From positions 312,638 through 376,637 of the forward strand of contig JBDKLC010000005.1 of the NCBI GenBank assembly GCA_039795775.1: DNA of 64,000 bases, written 5' to 3'. Positions 28,449 through 36,043 of the stretch are shown in pieces. Both the position numbers and the translations under genes were made by a program. Position 1 is the first letter of the stretch. Every line of letters starts with the position of its first letter. Origin of the DNA: Candidatus Parcubacteria bacterium (GTDB taxonomy: Bacteria; Patescibacteriota; Minisyncoccia; Phycocordibacterales; CAIZLB01). The notes beneath the pieces are model-generated. The model ran no database searches. It was given only the letters and a program-made list of their open reading frames with translations, and was not told where the DNA came from.

Positions 28449-29177
28449 TTATGGTCGCTTATCTCCGCGCTTTATTTGCTCCGTAAAAAAGTATGGCAAT
28501 GAGTCTATTTTCCCATCTTTGATAGCTTTGAGAACCGTAGTAATTGCAGCAATAGAATCAAACGGATCTGACTCATTCTGAATAGCTTCGTCTATTGGTA
28601 CCCAAAAGTTTTCTCCGTAATCAGATTCTCGAATCAATGTCCCAGATGAAGTTGTGGCATATGCAACTGGAAATAATACATCTGAAAATAATTCATTCTG
28701 TACGTACATCATTCGTCGTTCCATACCTATAGTCCTAAACGAAGCATCAAGACCAGTTTCCTCTTTGAGCTTTCGAGTGGCCGCTGCATCGATCGTCTCA
28801 CCTTTGAGCACAACGCCTCCCATTACACCTACTTTTCCATACGAAGGATTACTTTTTCGTCGTTGGTTCAAAATTTGCAATTCACCACCAACAACTCGAG
28901 ACACAATTGTAATTACATTTATTTTATACAAACTGACAATCTTTTGTGAGTCAGTAATTGGCAAAAAGTCAGCCACATGATGAACACCTATTTCTGATAA
29001 GGCGTAGCCATCATCGCTTTTCGTTAGATATCCTTTTTTAACTAAAAACTGCAAATGATAATTAAACAAATCATTAGGAATTTTTTCTTCAGGTTGAAGT
29101 TCGCTATATCGAAGAGACTTGGCGTTTTTAAGCTTACTGAGAATGTGATTTTGAATTGGAGAAAAATTTTGATGCAT
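28449..29177 (-). CDS. Winged-HTH + NUDIX hydrolase fusion protein
   Basis: N-terminal wHTH-like segment. Nudix box GGVVLKGETIDAAATRKLKEETGL. Confidence 0.75.
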   Translation of the reverse strand: MHQNFSPIQNHILSKLKNAKSLRYSELQPEEKIPNDLFNYHLQFLVKKGYLTKSDDGYALSEIGVHHVADFLPITDSQKIVSLYKINVITIVSRVVGGELQILNQRRKSNPSYGKVGVMGGVVLKGETIDAAATRKLKEETGLDASFRTIGMERRMMYVQNELFSDVLFPVAYATTSSGTLIRESDYGENFWVPIDEAIQNESDPFDSIAAITTVLKAIKDGKIDSLPYFFTEQIKRGDKRP

Positions 29178-29284
29178 ACGCGTTTCCGTTTGATCCTCGT
29201 GAACAGCTATTCAGCGAGTATCTCTTCGGCAATGACGCAATTCTACATATATTTGAAAAAGACGCTACCGAGGAATGCCTCGGC

Positions 29285-30145
29285 TTACAACACCCGTCCA
29301 AAGAAGCCCGCAAACACCTCGTTGAAGGCTAATATAATGGCGATCACAAGAATCATTAAAAGTCCGATAGTTAAAGATGAGTTTTTTCTGAGTTTTCCCC
29401 AAATAGACATCCCCAAGAGCACGAGCGTAATAACAAACGCTAAGAGCGTAAAAAGTATAGAAATAACAGTACGTGGAGCTCCCGCTACAGCACCGAAAAC
29501 GCTTGCACTTTGTGTTGCCGACACAGTCGACGCATCTTTCGACGCATCTCCTACTTTGTCTACAGTTCCAGAAGCAGCCACAACCTTTGGTGTTCCGAAA
29601 AATTCAACAATAAATATCGCTCGATAGCCGTTATACCGACCCTCAGCTGTGGCAATACCAATTTCAGTAAAGTTTTTATTTAAAATATTTTCACGATGCG
29701 TCTGTGAATTCATCCATGCATTTACCACATCTTTTGAATCGAAAAAGTTGATAGCGAGATTCTCGCCTGCATATTTGTAGTCGTATCCAGCTTTTTCAAA
29801 CCAAGACCATGGCGATGTACCATCAGGGCCGGTATGAGAAAAATATTGCTTTGAGGCCATATCATTTGCTTTGGCTTGAGCTGCCTGTTGGAGTACGGCA
29901 TTTGGAGTAAGGTCACGAAGCTTGTCTCGTGATCGCTCGATGTTTGTAAAATCAACGACACGTAGTGACAGTACCTGAGCAAACATGCCATTTCGCGGCA
30001 GTAAGATAAGTGAGTGCGACAAAAATACAACTTCAATAATAAGCACAGCACCAAGCAAGACAGATGCTACCGACTCGCGTAAGAGATGCGGATGGTGATG
30101 GTTTGAATCGTGCGATACGAAGTATTTAATAAAGAAGTTTTTCAT
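29285..30145 (-). CDS. CAP (SCP/PR-1/YkwD-like) domain protein, membrane-anchored
   Basis: CAP-domain signature segments (FSHTGPDGTSPWSW, YKYAGENLA, VVNAWMNSQTHRENIL). TM helices at both ends. Start set at MKNFF. Confidence 0.7.
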   Translation of the reverse strand: MKNFFIKYFVSHDSNHHHPHLLRESVASVLLGAVLIIEVVFLSHSLILLPRNGMFAQVLSLRVVDFTNIERSRDKLRDLTPNAVLQQAAQAKANDMASKQYFSHTGPDGTSPWSWFEKAGYDYKYAGENLAINFFDSKDVVNAWMNSQTHRENILNKNFTEIGIATAEGRYNGYRAIFIVEFFGTPKVVAASGTVDKVGDASKDASTVSATQSASVFGAVAGAPRTVISILFTLLAFVITLVLLGMSIWGKLRKNSSLTIGLLMILVIAIILAFNEVFAGFFGRVL

Positions 30146-30426
30146 AGCCAGATTGAAATGATTGCATACACATAAAAACTCAATAGTACAAGCAAAAATA
30201 CTGAAATCAATTTTACCCAGAAATACTGATAATATTTTAATAGTATTGCTACAACAATAAGTGATATCACAACCAGTGGCCACATTCGACTAAATATGTA
30301 GTTCATCGACAAAACACCACCTTCGATTCGGAAGCCAATAAATGGAATATTTAAAAGTAAAATGGCCGCAGCCAGAAGATACTTAATCATTGTCCTATAG
30401 TAACAGGCTATGCTGCACTTTTCCAC
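30142..30426 (-). CDS. Small hydrophobic membrane protein
   Basis: A 94-aa ORF with three predicted helices, abutting the CAP gene. Confidence 0.4.
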   Translation of the reverse strand: MEKCSIACYYRTMIKYLLAAAILLLNIPFIGFRIEGGVLSMNYIFSRMWPLVVISLIVVAILLKYYQYFWVKLISVFLLVLLSFYVYAIISIWL

Positions 30427-30448
30427 TATTCATTCTCTACCATATTGA

Positions 30449-30964
30449 CTAGTTATTTACAAAATCAACAATCAATTCTTTACCCACACCTCCCTCTCCA
30501 AAGGAAATTCGCTCATGTGGAATATATACAGACTTTAATTCGAAACTTTTTTTATCACTTGATACATTGTAAAGTACTTTATATTTTTGGATATAAACCC
30601 AGTAACTCTCGTCTGTAGCATCAGGACAAATTTTCTGTACGTTACAAGAATCTTGAACACCCTGCGCCATGCGAGTAAATTTTGTATGAGCAATAGTATC
30701 TAAAGACGCAACAATATTTTGTTGAAAAATAAAAAGCAATATAACACACAGTGAATATGTAGCAGACTTATTGTATTCATTAAACTTAATTTCATCATGC
30801 TTGAACTTCCAATAGAACAATTTTATTACTCGTATCAAGAATGCAACCGCATGACCTGCAACGAGAACCATTAAGATCATGGCTACAAAATTACTTACTG
30901 ACCGCTCAAATAAGAACAATGTGCCTATTGCAAAAAGTCCAAAATATCTAGTTATTATTTTCAT
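30449..30964 (-). CDS. Hypothetical membrane protein
   Basis: A 171-aa ORF with N-terminal TM helices. Confidence 0.45.
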   Translation of the reverse strand: MKIITRYFGLFAIGTLFLFERSVSNFVAMILMVLVAGHAVAFLIRVIKLFYWKFKHDEIKFNEYNKSATYSLCVILLFIFQQNIVASLDTIAHTKFTRMAQGVQDSCNVQKICPDATDESYWVYIQKYKVLYNVSSDKKSFELKSVYIPHERISFGEGGVGKELIVDFVNN

Positions 30965-31002
30965 AAATATAAATTAACTATAACACACACATCGTTGTAG
31001 GT

Positions 31003-31049
31003 TCATGTATACAAATTCAAATAGCGCAGAGGTGTGTCCTGTGCGCTAT
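31003..31049 (-). terminator. Intrinsic terminator after GC-rich membrane protein gene
   Basis: 8-bp stem ATAGCGCA/TGCGCTAT followed on the minus strand by TTTGAATTTGTAT. Confidence 0.5.
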
Positions 31050-31107
31050 CATAGTCTTCGCTATTGCATGGTGACCTAACCATATATTGATTCATCGTTG
31101 CGCGATG

Positions 31108-31680
31108 CTATTCGCGGTTGTCGGGATGCCCTTCGCCTGGGCCTTCTCCTGGGCGCGCCGCATTGAGCAAGTCGTCGGCAGTGACTGAGGTATTTCCGAC
31201 ATCTCGAACTCCCTGGATGTAAGGCCCCTGTTCGCGAGGACCATCAGGAGTCATCACATGTGAATCCGCAAGGATCACGACAACTTCTACGGTTTCACCT
31301 GAATACTGTGATTCCTGCGAGCCGCCTTTTGGGACAGGCATATAGAGGAACGTATAGTAGGCATACATGATGCAGATGCCGGCGATGATGCTGCCCACCA
31401 TCCAGTTGTAGGAGATGAAGGACAGCAACGGCAGAAGCACCACGGGCCAGTAGACCACGTTTGCTTTGGTGAAGCCATCGGCACTGACGGTGCGGAACTG
31501 GCCGAACAGGAACACTGGTGAGAACACCAGGAAGAAGTCCAGCCAGAGTGCGGCCGTAACCGAACTTGTGACTTTGTAGGCAGCGCCTCCCGCCAAGATT
31601 TGGGCGAAAAGCAGAACGAGCAGAGCCCGAACTGGCATGCGATGCTTTTGAACGATGTGTGACGCGATTTGCGATTTCAT
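31108..31680 (-). CDS. Hypothetical 4-TM membrane protein in GC-rich islet
   Basis: ORF with strongly elevated GC relative to its flanks and 4 hydrophobic helices. Confidence 0.55.
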   Translation of the reverse strand: MKSQIASHIVQKHRMPVRALLVLLFAQILAGGAAYKVTSSVTAALWLDFFLVFSPVFLFGQFRTVSADGFTKANVVYWPVVLLPLLSFISYNWMVGSIIAGICIMYAYYTFLYMPVPKGGSQESQYSGETVEVVVILADSHVMTPDGPREQGPYIQGVRDVGNTSVTADDLLNAARPGEGPGEGHPDNRE

Positions 31681-31908
31681 GGGTTTGTTGTGGTATGTGG
31701 GTTAGACAAATGCTTACCAGAGACCTTCTCCTTCAGCAGAGAACATCCATGTATGTAAAATACGTACACAACACTATCTACAGCATGGATACTTTCTGCT
31801 AAAGGAGGACAAACCCTGTCACGAGAATCAATATGTGAAGGAACTTAGTTCGATGTATATAATAGCATGAAATAGTATAAAAGTCAATGCATACATAATG
31901 CAAAAGAT

Positions 31909-31939
31909 GCAAAAGAAAAGGCCCCAACCGGAGTTGGGG
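31909..31939 (-). terminator. Intrinsic terminator after the second GC-rich islet gene
   Basis: Hairpin CCCCAAC/GTTGGGG with a CGGA loop, followed on the minus strand by TTTTCTTTTGC. Confidence 0.6.
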
Positions 31940-31988
31940 ACCTTGAGAAGTTGTGCGCAAGTCTTCTTAGTAGTGCGCGTGGGCGGGA

Positions 31989-32327
31989 CTAGTCCGTGTC
32001 CCACATCCAGGTGCCGTCATCGCCCTGGTGAGCGCTGCCGGCGTCGGTGCGCATGGAGCCTTCGTCAATGGGGCGAGCCCCTCCGACGCACTTCATCAGA
32101 TGAGTTCCCTCATAGCGGACGTGCAGGCACCCCTTGTGCAAGCACAAGATGATCCATTGGGCGGCCAGCGAGTCGGTCGCGTTGGCGTAGTCGGCCTGAT
32201 ATCGGCCGGGGACAATCAGGTATTCTCCAGCTTTTTCGGTGGAACCGATTTGCTTGGCGAGAATGGCGCGAGCGCCTTTTTCACCTTGGTCGGCGATGAT
32301 TGCTTTAACTTCAGCAAGTGTTTGCAT
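31989..32327 (-). CDS. Hypothetical protein in GC-rich islet
   Basis: A 112-aa ORF with GC near 60%. No motif. Confidence 0.5.
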   Translation of the reverse strand: MQTLAEVKAIIADQGEKGARAILAKQIGSTEKAGEYLIVPGRYQADYANATDSLAAQWIILCLHKGCLHVRYEGTHLMKCVGGARPIDEGSMRTDAGSAHQGDDGTWMWDTD

Positions 32328-32385
32328 GGTTTGTTTCTTTCTATCAGTTGAATGTTGAATTTAGGTTTATGAAACAGCCACATGG

Positions 32386-32437
32386 TGACTGCATCTTGGA
32401 ATGCCCCTCCGTAGAGAGGCGCTTAAAGATGCAGTCA
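32386..32437. repeat. 12-bp perfect inverted repeat with 28-nt spacer
   Basis: TGACTGCATCTT ... AAGATGCAGTCA, upstream of the islet gene. Confidence 0.6.
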
Positions 32438-32559
32438 GACACTCATTGAAACTTTAAATGTGCTTACAAGTACAATAATAGCATATTTAATGCTATTTGT
32501 CAACATACCCTAAGCCCCTATCCTACTAGCAAAATATGGCTTTTTTTAAGCTTATTGGA

Positions 32560-33033
32560 CTACTCTACCTGACTCTTTATCTCTTCAAGTGCTGTAGATA
32601 ATGTTTGTTCTATTTCAATTTTTTCAGCATCAGAAATTTGTCTACCTGGCGATTTTGTAAATACAAAATAAAGCGGACTATCATCTGACAAGTCAAAAGT
32701 CATACCGAAATTTTTTCTAAAAGGTCTCTTTAGTTGTGCTACGAGCTGCGCAGCAATTTTTTGCTCTTCTACGTCTACACTGAGAAATTCAGAATCAACA
32801 CTTACCATGGCAGTCGTGCTTGTAAACTTTAGTCCTAACTTAAACTTACTCATATCTTTCTTTTCTGCGCTTGATTCAGCTGCTACTACTTCTGGATTGG
32901 TTTGACCGAAATTTGCTTCGTGTGATGGCATATTGTTTGGTGTTATGAGTAAATTGTAGCATATATAAAAAATAGAAAACCCCCACGTCCATGTAACGTG
33001 AGGGGTAGAATTTTGATTGACACTTCCAAGCAC
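32560..33033 (-). CDS. Hypothetical protein (the true start may be the internal Met at MPSHEANFG)
   Basis: ORF only. Acidic, with no motif. Confidence 0.45.
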   Translation of the reverse strand: MLGSVNQNSTPHVTWTWGFSIFYICYNLLITPNNMPSHEANFGQTNPEVVAAESSAEKKDMSKFKLGLKFTSTTAMVSVDSEFLSVDVEEQKIAAQLVAQLKRPFRKNFGMTFDLSDDSPLYFVFTKSPGRQISDAEKIEIEQTLSTALEEIKSQVE

Positions 33034-33043
33034 CGTGCGTGCA

Positions 33044-33544
33044 TTAATCGCTTGGTTTACATTTTGGCTTCATGAAAAGCCAGCGTGTAGCGCTTGCAAA
33101 GACAGCGTTGAGATCAATCAACCCGCTGCTGCTATGCGTGCTGCTCACGTATTGGATGTAGCTGGCATGACTAGCTTCAGGGTTGAAAGGCTCGTTGATT
33201 CTGATGAAACCTTTGTCTTGCTCTTGTGAAGCAATTAACGGGTAGTCATCAAGACACGGAACCAATCCAATTTGACTCGCTCGGTCACATATCTCACCAG
33301 CTGTCACTTGGCCATTGGCAAAACCAAGACTGGCAGCGGTGACGACTACTAAAGTAAAGTCTGGTAACTCTGTTTTTGTATACCAGAAACGTGCAGGACG
33401 CACTATCCGCGCTGGGTTTAAGGCTCTCTTTAGAAGCCGCCTTACTTGATCTGGATTTTCGATGAGTTCCTGCATGCGGCCTTGGCTCATGCGAGGAAGT
33501 GATGTTGCTATTGTTGCTAGTAGTTTTGCCGTTTGTGGGCACAT
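33044..33544 (-). CDS. Hypothetical protein
   Basis: A 166-aa ORF with no recognisable motif. Confidence 0.45.
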   Translation of the reverse strand: MCPQTAKLLATIATSLPRMSQGRMQELIENPDQVRRLLKRALNPARIVRPARFWYTKTELPDFTLVVVTAASLGFANGQVTAGEICDRASQIGLVPCLDDYPLIASQEQDKGFIRINEPFNPEASHASYIQYVSSTHSSSGLIDLNAVFASATRWLFMKPKCKPSD

Positions 33545-33604
33545 TGCGTTTTTTCCTTTCGGTGTTCGCTTTGAATGCTAGAGGACATCCACTCCATGTG
33601 GGTA

Positions 33605-33658
33605 GTCATAGCTCGCATATTTCAATTTTAATTACAGTTCAAACATGCGAGCTATGAC
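33605..33658. repeat. 14-bp perfect inverted repeat with 26-nt AT-rich spacer
   Basis: GTCATAGCTCGCAT ... ATGCGAGCTATGAC, in the 5' region of gene 33044..33544. Confidence 0.6.
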
Positions 33659-33776
33659 CAACCTGTGCTTGCAACATAAAGAACTACTGGAGTGTAGTTA
33701 TACAACTTTTTGTAAATAAGTCAACGCAGGTATTCACTGCTGCTTTATCATCCGCAGTCTCCTATCAAATAAAATA

Positions 33777-33809
33777 ACAGCCCCCGAAATGGAGGCTGTT
33801 CTTTTATTT
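33777..33809. terminator. Hairpin + T-run (AACAGCC/GGCTGTT), forming with the next 19 nt a diverged copy of the tRNA-Ala 3' end-plus-terminator unit
   Basis: 7-bp stem with an 11-nt loop, followed by CTTTTATTTG and then the 19-nt tRNA 3'-end copy. Confidence 0.5.
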
Positions 33810-33821
33810 GTGGACCCTACA

Positions 33822-33925
33822 GGATTCGGTCACAGGTCTCGCCGACATGCGGCTCGCCCGCGACCCCGCCTCCCTCGTCTCGGTTCGCCTTGCTCACAAC
33901 GAGACTTCAGTCCGGCTTTCTCATC
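33822..33925. repeat. GC-rich ~100-nt tRNA-associated structured element, copy 1 (candidate ncRNA or mini-insertion)
   Basis: Shares a 52-nt identical 5' module and a 19-nt 3' module with the copy at 60009..60109. The variable centre forms a hairpin in both copies. Flanked by a 19-nt direct repeat of the tRNA-Ala 3' end. Confidence 0.6.
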
Positions 33926-33943
33926 AAGTAGCTCAGGAAATAG

Positions 33944-33980
33944 AAAACACCAGATATATCGTCTGGTGTTTTCTATTTCT
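33944..33980. terminator. Bidirectional intrinsic terminator between element copy 1 and tRNA-Ala
   Basis: 8-bp stem ACACCAGA/TCTGGTGT flanked by an A-run and a T-run. Confidence 0.65.
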
Positions 33981-33981
33981 G

Positions 33982-34054
33982 TGGACCCTACAGGATTCGA
34001 ACCTGCCACCCCCTCAGTGCAAATGAGGTGCTCTACCAAATGAGCTAAGGGCCC
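33982..34054 (-). tRNA. tRNA-Ala (anticodon TGC)
   Basis: Manual cloverleaf: acceptor GGGCCCT/AGGGTCC with the G3:U70 Ala identity pair, D arm GCTC...GAGC, anticodon loop TTTGCAC, T-loop TTCGAAT. CCA is not encoded. Confidence 0.9.
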
Positions 34055-34512
34055 GTTTTGTTGTGAGAATATAATAGCCTAAATTTTTAAAATAGCCAAG
34101 CCCTGCCCTCTTTCTATCCACAGGCAACACATAAAGGCGACATCTGAGAAATGAAAAAGCCATCCTGTGTGGATGACCTTGTGTAAAAAATTTTAGACGG
34201 AGTCTAAAGAGTGGGCCGAAGCCCACAGAACATATACTGACGACTCTGAGGTGGCCAAGGACATTCGGTGGCACTGGTACACGAATATTGACGAGAGCTG
34301 TTTTGCTCAGTGGCCTACATTGCGGCCTAGCCATGTATGATTCGAGCGATCGGTTCGCAACGCTTTGACGGGCAAGCGCTAAACATCGTTGGTCTCATAG
34401 CGTCCGAGAGACCTCATACACCTTGGCCACCTTCTCTAGTCATTAGTGGCCTGTCCAACACTTTACTACATTTATCTAAAAAATCAACCCATTTACACTG
34501 ACATACTCTGAC

Positions 34513-35550
34513 CTAAACAGTTCGTCGTCGCATAGCGAGATTGAGCATGTGTTTGAGGAATTCGTGTGCTTTTACACCTGCAGCTTCGAGAGATTTGAGG
34601 AATGGTGAGTGCTCACCAAGACCAGGCTGTGTGTTTATTTCAATAAGATAAACGCCTCGAGTCGGAGATACGATGAAATCGGCTGATGAATAGTGGTCGA
34701 TACCCATGCCTGTGTGTACTCGTCGAAGAATGTCATTGATCTGTGCTTTTTCTTCAGATGTTAGCTGCGCAGGTACTTGATGATGAAAAAGACCTGACTG
34801 CTTTGTGGCGTAGTCGAAGATATGATCTTTCTTGCCTTTTTGTCGGCCTTCTTTGTGTTCGCCTTGTGGGTCGAGATGATGCTTCACTTCTACAGGCATA
34901 AGTGTGTAGATGTCGTTGCCACGAAAATCTTCGAGTGTTCCTGAGATGATTTCCTTTCCACTAATAAATTCTTCTACTACTATTTCTGGAGAAAATTGTC
35001 GAGCGTGGTCGATGGCTTCGAGGAGCTCTTGGAAGTTTGTGGCGTGTGTGACACCAATAGATGAGCCAAGTCCTCGGGGCTTTACCACAACAGGCATTGG
35101 GAATGACCGGAAAAGGTCGTGTGCAAGAGGTTCGAGGTTGTCTGTCTTATTCACAAACAAATCTTTGTAGTAGGGAGTCTTGATACCATGCGCTTTGAAC
35201 TGCTCTTTTGCCATAGACTTGTTCATAGCCACAGCAGATGTAAGTGAGTTTGATCCAGTAAACGGAATTGAAAACGCTTGGAGGATTTTTTGGATTTTGC
35301 CGTCTTCGCCATTTTCTCCGTGAAGCGCATTAAAAATAACATCTACTTTTTTGAGAGCTGCTTCTGGTTTGAGTGGAATACCATCAATGTGCCACTCGCC
35401 TTTTTTATCAATAAAAATATCTACAGGAGTGTAGAGTTGAGACATATCAGAAGATCGAAGAAGGTCGATGATCCGTTTGCCTGTTTTGAGAGACACTTCA
35501 TATTCTGATGAATTGCCACCTCGGAGAATGCCTACTTTAATAATTGCCAT
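34513..35550 (-). CDS. ddl: D-alanine--D-alanine ligase
   Basis: ATP-grasp Ddl N-terminus (IIKVGILRGGNSSEYEVSL). Start set at the internal MAIIK. Confidence 0.85.
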   Translation of the reverse strand: MAIIKVGILRGGNSSEYEVSLKTGKRIIDLLRSSDMSQLYTPVDIFIDKKGEWHIDGIPLKPEAALKKVDVIFNALHGENGEDGKIQKILQAFSIPFTGSNSLTSAVAMNKSMAKEQFKAHGIKTPYYKDLFVNKTDNLEPLAHDLFRSFPMPVVVKPRGLGSSIGVTHATNFQELLEAIDHARQFSPEIVVEEFISGKEIISGTLEDFRGNDIYTLMPVEVKHHLDPQGEHKEGRQKGKKDHIFDYATKQSGLFHHQVPAQLTSEEKAQINDILRRVHTGMGIDHYSSADFIVSPTRGVYLIEINTQPGLGEHSPFLKSLEAAGVKAHEFLKHMLNLAMRRRTV

Positions 35551-36043
35551 TCCTAAAGTATATCCTAAGAATAAAAAAACTCCCTGTGTATTACTTGTTA
35601 CAGAGAGGTCATTACTATCCAAATAAAAGTTCGGGGCACCTACGCGATTGCGCAGATGCCCCTTATGCCCGACCAATTGATATGGGGGGTGTAAATGTAC
35701 GTCCGTAGGACTGATGTCGTGGAGCGAAACCCTCGCCTAATTGAAGTACTGGCATAAACCCAATAGCCGTAAAGGAGTCAGACCCCTTTTGTACTCCTGT
35801 AACTAACACAGGTGGGAATAGAGAGCTACAAAAGACACGCTCCCGCTCGAGATTCCGTTTCGCGCCGGCAAACACCTGCGTTACCACATTAGTGAGTATT
35901 GGCCCCACTCCACGATATCAATCGTCTATGAACATACTGAAAGATCTACTGACTGACCGAATCACATAGTATCCTTCTTTTCGAACAATGTCAAGTATTT
36001 TATAAAAATGTGTGTACAACCCAAAATATCTGCTCCTTCTACG

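Noticed and set aside
33810-33980. tmRNA (ssrA) starting at GGACCCUACAGGAUUCGG, which resembles the tmRNA 5' consensus GGGG..GGAUUCGAC and the tRNA-Ala-like G:U identity.
   Set aside because: The resemblance arises because the sequence is the reverse complement of a tRNA 3' end. There is no plausible tag-peptide reading frame ending in hydrophobic residues plus a stop, no pseudoknot region, and no T-arm plus ...CCA 3' end at the expected distance, since the real tRNA-Ala occupies that position. The second element copy lacks the acceptor-like 5' strand.
34014-34334. 106-aa minus ORF overlapping the tRNA-Ala 5' end.
   Set aside because: It overlaps the tRNA gene and the tRNA promoter region, has an Arg/Leu-rich low-complexity product, and has no RBS.
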